Below, piece after piece: positions 27,693 through 36,286 of a stretch of 64,000 nucleotides of DNA (position 1 is the stretch's first letter; every line of letters starts with the position of its first letter). Origin of the DNA: an uncultured Acidobacteriaceae bacterium (lineage in GTDB: Bacteria; Acidobacteriota; Terriglobia; Terriglobales; Acidobacteriaceae); assembly GCA_964591805.1 (NCBI GenBank), contig CAZQDD010000008.1:27667-91666 (forward strand). Direction: 5' to 3'. The notes under the pieces were generated by a model. It made no database searches, was not told the origin of the DNA, and saw nothing but the letters and a program-made list of their open reading frames with translations. Position numbers and translations under genes: made by a program.

Positions 27693-28183
27693 ACCGGAAG
27701 TGTCCCGGATCCCCCCTCAGTTGCCAGCCGCTCGCTTGGCCCCATCGAGCGGCTGGGCAAGTGCACCGCAGTGCGGGGGCGGATTCGTGCCATGATCGGG
27801 CGCTGTCCTGCCGGCCCTAATCGCTGGTTTTGATCAGGTCCAGCCTTTCCCGTGCAGCATCCCAAGCGGTGCCTCGTCCCGGCCCGGTCAGGCGACATCA
27901 AAAACGGTAGCAACAATAAGGATGGCGATCCCACACCTCCGGCGCCCTGGAGAGCACCCCGTCGGAGGTGTGGAATATGGCCAATCCCAGCCTTGGACCT
28001 GTGTCAGATTCCTCAACTGACTCCCCAATGGGCGCAAACCATCACCGTTGGAAATATCAACACTTTGAATATCCAGAGGATTATAGTGTTTAGTTTCAAT
28101 AAATTAAGGAGAATGTATGTGCCAGGTCAGTGATGGATTTTGCAACGGCGACACAATTGCACTTTGCTCTGCCGGAGGCAGGA

Positions 28184-29608
28184 GTGGACAGGGCTCTGAG
28201 GGCAATTTCAATCATGGTTCTAGCGAGCGCATTTTCGGCGGCGGCTTGGGCGGGAATCCATCCGGTTCCCCTGGATCCCAAGCAGGATCCCGCGACCTGC
28301 GCTCAATGCCATGAGGACAAAACGAAGGGCAAGTCGGTCCATTCGGCAATTGCCATGGGCTGTACCAGCTGCCACGAGATCAGAGTAAACAGGGACGTTA
28401 CCCGCACAAAACTCCTCACTACCACTACCGTAGCCCTTTGCATCACCTGCCACGCCGACAAGAAAGCTGCTGACATCAAGGGGAAAATTCATCCTCCGGC
28501 GGTGCGCGACTGTGTGAAGTGCCACGACCCGCACACCTCCGACAACAAAAACCAGCTGCTCAAACCCGAAAGTGGAGACACAAAGGATACGAATCTTTGT
28601 TTGAGCTGCCACAAGATCGGGCTCGACGTCCCGAAAGATGGCAGCCGTCACGCCGCGCTGGATATGGGCTGCGACACCTGCCACGTAACCCACAAGACCG
28701 GCGAGCGCGGCAAGCGCGAATTCGACTTTCACCTGACCAAGGATGCGCCGGCGCTCTGCATCGATTGTCACGACCCGAAAGATGCGGCACTCGTCAAGGC
28801 GCACCAGGGACAGCCGTTTGAGAAGGCGGATTGTCTCTCCTGTCACGATCCGCACCAGTCCACCAGCAAGAAGCTGATGGCGAAGTTCACTCACGTGCCG
28901 TTTGCCGGTGGCCAGTGTGATTCCTGCCACGCCCCGGCCAAGGACGGCAAGGTGGTGCTGATCGCGGCGACGACGAAGGAAATTTGCCTGACCTGCCACT
29001 CCGATAAGGGCGAACAGATTGAGAAGGCGAAAGTGCAGCATCCGGGTGCAGCGGGCGATTGCACCGACTGCCACAGTCCGCATGCCGGCAACTCTCCAGG
29101 GTTCCCAAGGCCGAATCCGGTCGCCGTCTGTTTGACCTGCCATACCGAGCAGGCCGAGCAGGGGAAAAAGGCGCACGTTCACCAGCCGGCGTTCGAGCAA
29201 GGTTGCGCTACCTGTCATGAGCCGCACGGCGGTGATAACTTGCACCTGTTGCGCGCCAAGACTCCGAACGCCCTTTGCCTGGAGTGCCACGGTCCGGATA
29301 CCGAGCCGCCCGCCAAGCTGCAGGGTGAGCACATGGTTACCATCTTCGGCGGCAAGGTGAAGCTGCCGGATACGTATTTCGACAAAGTCGTGGTGCTGCC
29401 AATCCGCTATGGCCTCGGCCATCCCGTGAATGGTCACCCGGTCTCTGACTTGATGGATCCGACAGATGTCACCAAGGTTAAGACTCCGTTGTCGTGCTTG
29501 AGCTGCCATCAGCCGCACTCTTCGGCTCACGCCGACCTGTTGATAAAGGATGAGCAGAACAATATGGAGTTTTGCGACAACTGCCACAAGAACAGATTCA
29601 AGATGTAG
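28184..29608 (+). CDS. Periplasmic multihaem c-type cytochrome, 16 CxxCH motifs
   Basis: Sixteen CxxCH motifs were counted, many as CxxCHxPH. The proposed GTG start at 28184 is preceded by GGAGG (28174-28178). It gives the signal peptide (M)DRALRAISIMVLASAFSAAAWA-G. The track start is 28130. Confidence 0.85.
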   Translation: MDRALRAISIMVLASAFSAAAWAGIHPVPLDPKQDPATCAQCHEDKTKGKSVHSAIAMGCTSCHEIRVNRDVTRTKLLTTTTVALCITCHADKKAADIKGKIHPPAVRDCVKCHDPHTSDNKNQLLKPESGDTKDTNLCLSCHKIGLDVPKDGSRHAALDMGCDTCHVTHKTGERGKREFDFHLTKDAPALCIDCHDPKDAALVKAHQGQPFEKADCLSCHDPHQSTSKKLMAKFTHVPFAGGQCDSCHAPAKDGKVVLIAATTKEICLTCHSDKGEQIEKAKVQHPGAAGDCTDCHSPHAGNSPGFPRPNPVAVCLTCHTEQAEQGKKAHVHQPAFEQGCATCHEPHGGDNLHLLRAKTPNALCLECHGPDTEPPAKLQGEHMVTIFGGKVKLPDTYFDKVVVLPIRYGLGHPVNGHPVSDLMDPTDVTKVKTPLSCLSCHQPHSSAHADLLIKDEQNNMEFCDNCHKNRFKM

Positions 29609-29635
29609 TGCAAGTTTGCGGTGGAGAACAGAGAG

Positions 29636-30988
29636 ATGTTCGCAGTTCCTCTAAATTCGGTTCGCGGTGGCAAGTGGATCGCTCTCGCGCTGCTTCTGTC
29701 CGTCGCCCTAGCCGCACCATCGGCGGCTCACGGTGACAAGAAGAAGAAGAACGCCACTGCGCCCACGCCGAGCGCCCCGGCCAAGCCCAATGATTTCTCA
29801 GCGCTGGTCTGGCCCCAGCCTCCCGACATCATCCGGGTCCGCTACGTGGACTACTTCGCCGGGATGAAGTTCGACCGCACCGATGCGGTTGTGGTGAAGA
29901 AGAAGCAAAGCTGGATGGACCGCATGGCAGGTACTCCAGAGGGATCCGAGAGACAGGAAAAAATGCTCAAGGACTTCCCTTACCAGCTGATCGGGCCTTA
30001 CGGGGTCGCCGCCGATTCCAAGGGCCTTGTGTATGTGGCGGATCAGAAAGTGGGCGCGGTCTTCATCTTTAATACGGAAACCAGGGATGTGCAGCTGATT
30101 GCCAACGGCAAAGACGCTCACTTCGAGTGGATCAACGGCATTGCGATTGACGACAACGATCGCGTCTTTGTCTCTGACGGCAAGCTGGCTCACGTTCTGG
30201 TTTTCAACGCCAAGCATCAGATCGAGGGCCAGATCAGGGAAGGCCTGGTGAATCCGAACGGGTTGGCCATCGATACGGAAAATCGTCTTCTGTACGTGGT
30301 AGACACCCAGCAGGATCAGGTTCTGGTGTATGACCCCGACACCTACAAATTGCTGAGGCGGATGGGTACAGGCGGTAAAAAGCATGCCCTGACTACGCCT
30401 GGAGATTTTGCCGCGCCAACCAACGTGGCGGTCGATGCGGATGGGAATGTTTACGTAACGGACACGCTGAATGACCGCGTGGAGATTTTCGATGCGGACG
30501 GCAACTTCGTCAGCACCTTTGGCAAGAATTGTGACTCACCAGGCTGCTTTGAGCGGCCCAAGGGAATTGCCATTGACTCCGACGGGCACATCTGGGTTGC
30601 TGACGCCATGATGGATCGTTTGCAGGTCTTCAACCGCGAGGGCCAGGTGCTTCTGCCTATCGGCTCGCATGGAAACCTGCCCAGCCAGTTCGACTCGCTG
30701 GTGGGAGTAGCGTTCGACAAGACGAAGAAACGGATTCTCACTACTGAGCAGTACCCGGGCCGGATGCAGGTGTTCCGGTATGTAACCGACGCGGAAGCGG
30801 ATGCCGATCGGCAGCGCCAGGCAGAGGAGCGCAAACAGAAGTATGCAGGCGCGCAAGTGCCGTCTCCAGCCGGCAGCGCGGCGGCAAAGCCGGGAGAAGC
30901 GCCGGCGGTGAAGCCGCCCGAAGCAGGCGTACCGCAGCCGGCCGCGACGCCCGCGCAGGTTAGCGCACAAGGATCCGCGGCGAAGTGA
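29636..30988 (+). CDS. NHL-repeat six-bladed beta-propeller protein with a signal peptide and a C-terminal Ala/Pro-rich tail
   Basis: Six repeats of the type P.G.A.D..G..YV.D....R...F are present. Examples are YGVAADSKGLVYVADQK, NGIAIDDNDRVFVSDG, TNVAVDADGNVYVTDTLNDRVEIFD and PKGIAIDSDGHIWVADAMMDRLQVFN. The N-terminal signal is WIALALLLSVALAAPSAAHG. Confidence 0.8.
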   Translation: MFAVPLNSVRGGKWIALALLLSVALAAPSAAHGDKKKKNATAPTPSAPAKPNDFSALVWPQPPDIIRVRYVDYFAGMKFDRTDAVVVKKKQSWMDRMAGTPEGSERQEKMLKDFPYQLIGPYGVAADSKGLVYVADQKVGAVFIFNTETRDVQLIANGKDAHFEWINGIAIDDNDRVFVSDGKLAHVLVFNAKHQIEGQIREGLVNPNGLAIDTENRLLYVVDTQQDQVLVYDPDTYKLLRRMGTGGKKHALTTPGDFAAPTNVAVDADGNVYVTDTLNDRVEIFDADGNFVSTFGKNCDSPGCFERPKGIAIDSDGHIWVADAMMDRLQVFNREGQVLLPIGSHGNLPSQFDSLVGVAFDKTKKRILTTEQYPGRMQVFRYVTDAEADADRQRQAEERKQKYAGAQVPSPAGSAAAKPGEAPAVKPPEAGVPQPAATPAQVSAQGSAAK

Positions 30989-31110
30989 GCCGCGACAAGT
31001 TTGGGGGCCAAAGGCCGCCGAAACGGAGAGACGAACGACCGCTCCTCCGGAAGCTGTAAACACTGAAGAGATTTAAGGCTCTTCACTATTACCAGGAGGT
31101 TTCACCTTTT

Positions 31111-31986
31111 ATGAAAAAGTTCATGCTCGTCCTCGTTGTCCTCGCCCTTGGCACATTCGTCATGGCGCAAATTGGTGTGCCCACGGGTGACGTTCTGGGC
31201 GCCCACTTGAACTACGGCCGTGGTTGCGCGGCTTGCCACTCACCGCACGGCGGTCAGGCTGGTAACGGCGCGGCCCACACTCAGACTGTCGCAAACTCGT
31301 ACCTCTGGGGCCAGGACACCACTGCCCTGCTAGGTCAGACCATCACGTTCAGCGGCAACACCGTTGAAGTTCTGCCTGCCACTCTTGCTGCCGGTTCGCC
31401 TGACGTCAGCGGCCTCCTGATGTGCCTTAGCTGCCATGACGGCAACTATGCCACTGGCGCCATGATGAAGAACGCGATTTATGAGACCGTGCCGCTAACC
31501 AAGTACGGAGCCAACACGATTCCTACCCTGATGGGCAATGAAGGCGCCCTCGGTGTTGGAGCCGGAAGCTACCTTGCCAACCACCCGGTGGGTCTGAATG
31601 CCACCGTCTCCTGCGGCGGACAGTACAACTGGGATTGCGTCCAGGCTGCCAACGGCACCATCTCGATGACCGGCACCAACTCGGCGCAGTTCGTCAAGGA
31701 CTATGGCTTCTTCGTCTCTCTGTCGGCCTATAACAACACTGCGGTCGTCACCTGCACGAGCTGCCACAACCAGCACTTGATGAACATTGTTTCGGTCACC
31801 AACGGCGCGAAGTCCGGTCTGCCGACTGGCTACTATCAGACCATGTTCTTCATTCGCGCGCCCTACAATGGCGCCAACAGCAGCAACGTAGCGTCGAACC
31901 AGAACGCCCAATTCTGCCGCCAGTGCCACGGTGGCGAAGCGAACGAATCGAACGGCGCCGGCGCGACGATCCCAACCACGTTCTAA
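31111..31986 (+). CDS. Small secreted tetrahaem c-type cytochrome (291 aa)
   Basis: AGGAGG ribosome-binding site and signal peptide MKKFMLVLVVLALGTFVMAQ. The four CxxCH motifs are CAACH, CLSCH, CTSCH and CRQCH. Five further His residues are available as distal ligands. The N-terminal 130 aa are colinear with the N-terminus of the 12-haem protein 36283..38217. Confidence 0.85.
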   Translation: MKKFMLVLVVLALGTFVMAQIGVPTGDVLGAHLNYGRGCAACHSPHGGQAGNGAAHTQTVANSYLWGQDTTALLGQTITFSGNTVEVLPATLAAGSPDVSGLLMCLSCHDGNYATGAMMKNAIYETVPLTKYGANTIPTLMGNEGALGVGAGSYLANHPVGLNATVSCGGQYNWDCVQAANGTISMTGTNSAQFVKDYGFFVSLSAYNNTAVVTCTSCHNQHLMNIVSVTNGAKSGLPTGYYQTMFFIRAPYNGANSSNVASNQNAQFCRQCHGGEANESNGAGATIPTTF

Positions 31987-32002
31987 ATTTGTTGCCTTAC
32001 CA

Positions 32003-32040
32003 GGGGGAGAGAAGTTCTCTCCCCCTTACTTTTGTGTTTG
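32003..32040 (+). terminator. Strong rho-independent terminator directly after the tetrahaem cytochrome gene
   Basis: gggggagagaa (32003-32013) pairs with ttctctccccc (32015-32025), followed by ttacttttgtgttt. It starts 17 nt after the stop codon. Confidence 0.8.
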
Positions 32041-32053
32041 CCAGCGAGGGATC

Positions 32054-33076
32054 ATGAAGTTCCAGCTCTCAGCCTGCGCCCTGCTTTTCGTGGCGTTCGC
32101 TTCGCTTTCAGCCCAGCCCGTCCCATCCCATGCCCCAACAAACTACTCCATCGGCGAGGCAACGGCTCCCATGCAGGTGGTGGGCAAGCCCGTTGCCAGG
32201 GTGAACGGCTCGGTGTTAACGGATAAAGACCTTCAAAGTACGATGTATGCAATGTTTCCGTACGCCCGCCAGCACAACGGTTCAATCCCGAAGGCAATGG
32301 AGCCGGACATCCGGGCCGGCGCGATGAAGATGATGGTCTTCGAGGAACTGGTATATCAGGAAGCATTGCGCCGCAAAATGACGGTGCCTCCCGGAAAACT
32401 GGAGAAGGCCGAGGCTGATTTTGCCCGCCGTTTTAACAGCCCAAGCGAATTCCAGCGGTATTTGCAGGTGGAGTTTCACGGCTCCCGGCCGTTGTTGCGC
32501 AGCAAGATCAGGCGCTCGCTGCTGATTGAGCAGCTATTGAAGCTCGAGATAGAGCAGAAGGCGACGGTCTCAGCGGCCGAACTCAAGGGGTATTACGACA
32601 AGAATCCGGCACGTTTCCACGTCGAGGAATCCTTTGCCTTTCAGACGATCTCCATCCTTCCTCCGGCGAATGCGACCCCGGATCAGTTGAAAGAGGCACG
32701 CAAGCGGGCTGGCGAAGCTCTGACCCAGGCCAAGACGGCGAAAACCTACGAGCAGTTTGGATTGTTGGCGGAGAAGTACAGCGACGACGATTACCGCGTC
32801 GTGATGGGCGATCACAAGGCCGTGGAGCGTGCCAAGTTGCCGCCTTCGGTGGTGCAGGCCCTACTGGCACTCGCACCCGATCAGGCCAGCGGCCTGATCC
32901 AGGTCGAGAACGCCTACACGATCGTCCGCTTGAATAAGCACATCATGGCTGGCCAGCAGAAGTTCGAAGATGTGAAAGCAAGTCTGCGGAAAGAGATGGT
33001 AAGCAAAAAGACCGAGCAGTTGCGCTCGGCCCTCGACCAGAGGCTGCACCAGGGCGCCAAGATTGAGGTACTTTAA
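32054..33076 (+). CDS. SurA/PpiD-like periplasmic chaperone with a parvulin-type PPIase domain
   Basis: Signal peptide MKFQLSACALLFVAFASLSAQP. The SurA_N-like segment is VARVNGSVLTDKDL...FEELVYQEALRRK. The parvulin-like C-terminal part is FGLLAEKYSDD...GLIQVENAYTIVRLNKH. I trimmed the track ORF (31931), whose extension overlaps the upstream gene and terminator. Confidence 0.7.
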   Translation: MKFQLSACALLFVAFASLSAQPVPSHAPTNYSIGEATAPMQVVGKPVARVNGSVLTDKDLQSTMYAMFPYARQHNGSIPKAMEPDIRAGAMKMMVFEELVYQEALRRKMTVPPGKLEKAEADFARRFNSPSEFQRYLQVEFHGSRPLLRSKIRRSLLIEQLLKLEIEQKATVSAAELKGYYDKNPARFHVEESFAFQTISILPPANATPDQLKEARKRAGEALTQAKTAKTYEQFGLLAEKYSDDDYRVVMGDHKAVERAKLPPSVVQALLALAPDQASGLIQVENAYTIVRLNKHIMAGQQKFEDVKASLRKEMVSKKTEQLRSALDQRLHQGAKIEVL

Positions 33077-33283
33077 TTCCATCGCGCGCAGCCTGTGGCG
33101 GAATTCCGGCTGGCTCCGGGTACGGCCGCAGGGAATGGTATTTCAGCCGTGAACGCCATCGGCCCAGGAGCAGCATGGAATCGGGAGCCACTGCGCCATA
33201 TCGCGCAATCCAAGATAGATGCAGACCGCTGCAGAGTGTTAGTATTAACCGATATTTCAACTACTTAGGGATGAGTACAGCGT

Positions 33284-33299
33284 TGGTCTTCTAATTGCT
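33284..33299 (+). promoter_or_regulatory. Candidate sigma-54 (-24/-12) promoter: TGGTCT-N5-TTGCT
   Basis: GG at 33285-33286 and GC at 33297-33298 have the canonical spacing. It lies 35-60 nt upstream of the possible barrel start codons in a 256-nt intergenic region. The -24 half is weak (TGG only). Confidence 0.4.
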
Positions 33300-33332
33300 C
33301 TATCACCGTGTGGTTCTCATTTCGCCACCCCG

Positions 33333-35204
33333 TTGTTTGTGACCACCCGTGAGGGCCTTGTGGTGCGCCGTTCCATACGAAATGCCTTTATTCTTTTGGC
33401 CGGGGCTTTAGTATTGACTGCGCCGCTGCTTGCCCAGCTTCAGGTGGGTGACAACCTCAACCTGCGTCTCAATGGCACACTTTCCGCCGGATACAACGGA
33501 GACTACGGAAACCAGACCAGCTCGGATCACAGCCTTGGGCTGGGCGGCTCCGGCACGGCTTCGGGCTATTACTACAGCCCCAATTTCCTCTCCTTTACGG
33601 CCACGCCATTCTTCAACCAGGCACGGGACAACTCCAGCTATCGTTCCATTTCCGATGCCAGCGGCGTGGACGCGCAGACCGCGCTCTTCAGCGGCAGCCC
33701 CTTTCCGGGATCAATCAGCTATTCCAAGTCTTATAACAGCGAGGGAAACTACGCCGTACCGGGGTTGGCCAACTACACCACCCACGGCAACAGCGACACT
33801 TTTGGCCTTTCATGGGCGGAGCGCGTGCGTGGACGGCCAAGTCTCAGTGTAAGCTTCCAGAGGAGCGGAGGCGAGAATTCAATCTACGGCACCGGGTTGA
33901 ATGCCGATTCCACCGCTCATTCCTTCAACGTGAACAGTTCCTATAACTGGGCGGGCTTCGGCTTGGGCGCCTTCTATTACAAGGGTGCTTCCAACTCGCA
34001 GTTTCCGGAGGTCCTTGCCGGTACGCAACAGATCACCGCGACCAACGCGACGGACCACGGCTACGGTTTCACTGCGTCTCACAAACTTCCCTGGAATGGC
34101 TCAGTGTTTTGCAATTTCAGTAATTCCAGCGTGAACACGAGTTACCTGGGCGAAAGCGAAAACTATTCGGTGGACAATTTCAACGCCGCGGCATCGTTCC
34201 AGCCAACCCAGAAATTGCATGCGTCGTTGAGCATGAATTACTCGAGTAACCTCAGCGGCTCCATTTTCGAAACGGTGCTCGCCTCCGGAGGAGTGGTTTC
34301 ACAATCGACCCAGAGCCCGCCTTCGCACGCTGACGATTTCGCGGCCAGTGCCGGTTATGTGCCTCTGCCGAATATGCTTGTGCAGGGCGAAGTCGAGCGC
34401 CGGACCCAGGACTACTTTGGGATTGAATACGGAAGCAATGCCTACAGCGGCACCGGCAGCTATTGGCGTAAGATCTTCGGTGGCAGTTTTAGTACCACCA
34501 TGTTGGTGGCGGACATAACAATTGATGGCAGCCCCCAGAACTCGCTCGGCTTTACCGTCAACACCAATTTCAACCGCCGGTTCGGAGCCTGGACTGCAAA
34601 TGGTAACTTCAATTATTCGCAGAATGCGGAAACGCTCCTCGTTACCTATACGACTTCCCAATACGGCTACGGGGGTGGTGTGAGGCGGCGCTGGGGGAAA
34701 GTGAGTTGGAGCCTTTCCGCTCAGGCAAACAGAAGCGGTCTAACCGGCTTCACGGGTACCAGCAACCAGAGCACAAGCGCGAGTAGCGGCCTCTCTTACG
34801 GGCGCTGGGCCAACGTGGGTGCAAGTTACTCACAGTCGAGCGGAAACGGAATTCTGACTGGGACCGGGGTCGTGACGGTGCCGGTACCCTCGCCCGTCTT
34901 GCCCGCCAGCTCAGTTATACTCTTTGGCGGCCACAGTTACTCAGTCTCGATCGGCAGTTCGCCGTTGCGCAGACTCACCATCGCGGCGGCCTACGCGAAA
35001 TCGGATAGCAACACTGGGGTCGGTTCGACCGGTTCGACAAACACAACTTCGGTGTTTAACACTCTCGTCCAGTACCAATTCCGGAAGATGTATGTGACGG
35101 GTGGTTTCAGCCAGCTGACGCAAGGATTTAGCGCGTCTGGAACTGTGCCGCAGACCATATCGTCGTTCTATATTGGGGTATCGCGATGGTTCAACTTCTT
35201 CTAG
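33333..35204 (+). CDS. Large outer-membrane beta-barrel protein (porin-like, about 615-623 aa)
   Basis: Signal peptide (VRRSIRNAFILLAGALVLTAPLLAQ; the likely GTG start is at 33360/33363). The protein is Ser/Gly/Asn/Tyr/Thr-rich with alternating hydrophobic residues and has no Cys. The C-terminal beta-signal ends YIGVSRWFNFF with a terminal Phe. Confidence 0.75.
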   Translation: MFVTTREGLVVRRSIRNAFILLAGALVLTAPLLAQLQVGDNLNLRLNGTLSAGYNGDYGNQTSSDHSLGLGGSGTASGYYYSPNFLSFTATPFFNQARDNSSYRSISDASGVDAQTALFSGSPFPGSISYSKSYNSEGNYAVPGLANYTTHGNSDTFGLSWAERVRGRPSLSVSFQRSGGENSIYGTGLNADSTAHSFNVNSSYNWAGFGLGAFYYKGASNSQFPEVLAGTQQITATNATDHGYGFTASHKLPWNGSVFCNFSNSSVNTSYLGESENYSVDNFNAAASFQPTQKLHASLSMNYSSNLSGSIFETVLASGGVVSQSTQSPPSHADDFAASAGYVPLPNMLVQGEVERRTQDYFGIEYGSNAYSGTGSYWRKIFGGSFSTTMLVADITIDGSPQNSLGFTVNTNFNRRFGAWTANGNFNYSQNAETLLVTYTTSQYGYGGGVRRRWGKVSWSLSAQANRSGLTGFTGTSNQSTSASSGLSYGRWANVGASYSQSSGNGILTGTGVVTVPVPSPVLPASSVILFGGHSYSVSIGSSPLRRLTIAAAYAKSDSNTGVGSTGSTNTTSVFNTLVQYQFRKMYVTGGFSQLTQGFSASGTVPQTISSFYIGVSRWFNFF

Positions 35205-36286
35205 CCCAAGCGCGCGGAAGGAGCCTGCGGTTGGCTCTGCGGATGGCCTGCGCTGTACTGCTTCTGCTGACGCCGGCGCTGGCGTCGCGGCAGGCCAAAG
35301 TAGCCGATGTGGGTCCGCCCGACCTTTTGCTGGAAGGCGGCCGCAAGCTGAGCTACGAACGCAGCTTCAGCTCCGAACGCGAAGTAAAACCGAAGCGGGG
35401 CTTCTGGAACAGGGTGCTCGACGTTGTTGCCGGCGAACCGGAGTTCCACTACCTGGTTCGCCCCTATAGTGTCATAACCGATTCCCATGGCCGCATTATT
35501 GTGACCGATCCGGGAGCGCACGGGATCCACATCTTCGACTTTACCCAACAGAAGTATAAGTTCATCTCGCGCCGGGAAAATACGAAGGATCCAATGCATT
35601 CTCCGCAATGCGTCGCCCTGGACGCAGAAGACAACATTTACGTGACCGATTCGGATGCGGGCAAAATCTTCGTGTTCGACTCCAGCGGAAAGTATAAGCG
35701 GGTGATCGGCAGTTTGAGGGGCGGCGAAGGCTATTTCAAGCGTCCCACCGGGATTGCTGTCGATTCCTCCGCACAGCGAATTTACCTGACGGATACACTG
35801 CGCAACCAGGTATTCGTGCTCGATATGCAGGGCAACATCCTGCAGAAAATCGGCAAGAACGGCGAGGGCGACGGGGAATTCAACTACCCCACGGAATTAC
35901 GGCTGGCCGGAGAAAGCCTTCTCGTTGTGGACGCGATGAATTTCCGGGTCCAGGCACTGGATCGCTCAGGAGTTTTTCGCTATGCCATCGGCGCGATCGG
36001 TGACGGTGGCGGATCCATGTTCAGGCCAAAAGGGATTGGAGTCGATTCGGAAGGCGATCTCTATGTGGTGGATGGTTTGTGGGCCGTGGTGCAGATCTTC
36101 AACCCCCAAGGCGATCTACTGTATTCCTTTGGAAAATCAGGGACGCAGCCAGGAGAGTTTCAGTTGCCTGCCGGGCTGTTCATTGATCGCAACGACCGTA
36201 TTTACGTGGTGGATTCCTATAACCGTCGCGTCCAGGTCTTTCATTATTACGGATTGCACCAGCAGACCAAGGGAGGTAGTCAATGA
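35186..36286 (+). CDS. NHL-repeat six-bladed beta-propeller protein (second copy)
   Basis: Repeats include PYSVITDSHGRIIVTDPGAHGIHIFD, PQCVALDAEDNIYVTDSDAGKIFVFD, PTGIAVDSSAQRIYLTDTLRNQVFVLD, PKGIGVDSEGDLYVVDGLWAVVQIFN and PAGLFIDRNDRIYVVDSYNRRVQVFHY. The signal-like N-terminus has an ATG at 35186, overlapping the barrel gene by 19 nt. The alternative start is at 35243. Confidence 0.8.
   Translation: MVQLLLAQARGRSLRLALRMACAVLLLLTPALASRQAKVADVGPPDLLLEGGRKLSYERSFSSEREVKPKRGFWNRVLDVVAGEPEFHYLVRPYSVITDSHGRIIVTDPGAHGIHIFDFTQQKYKFISRRENTKDPMHSPQCVALDAEDNIYVTDSDAGKIFVFDSSGKYKRVIGSLRGGEGYFKRPTGIAVDSSAQRIYLTDTLRNQVFVLDMQGNILQKIGKNGEGDGEFNYPTELRLAGESLLVVDAMNFRVQALDRSGVFRYAIGAIGDGGGSMFRPKGIGVDSEGDLYVVDGLWAVVQIFNPQGDLLYSFGKSGTQPGEFQLPAGLFIDRNDRIYVVDSYNRRVQVFHYYGLHQQTKGGSQ

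Noticed and set aside
28113-28314. Alternative starts and small ORFs at the head of the 16-haem gene: the AAGGAG-linked 6-codon ORF at 28113, and ORF 28117..28314 in another frame.
   Set aside because: The frame carrying the CxxCH motifs begins upstream of them. GTG at 28184 with a GGAGG site gives a proper signal peptide. The other-frame ORF is Gly/Ser-rich with no motif. A leader peptide cannot be excluded.
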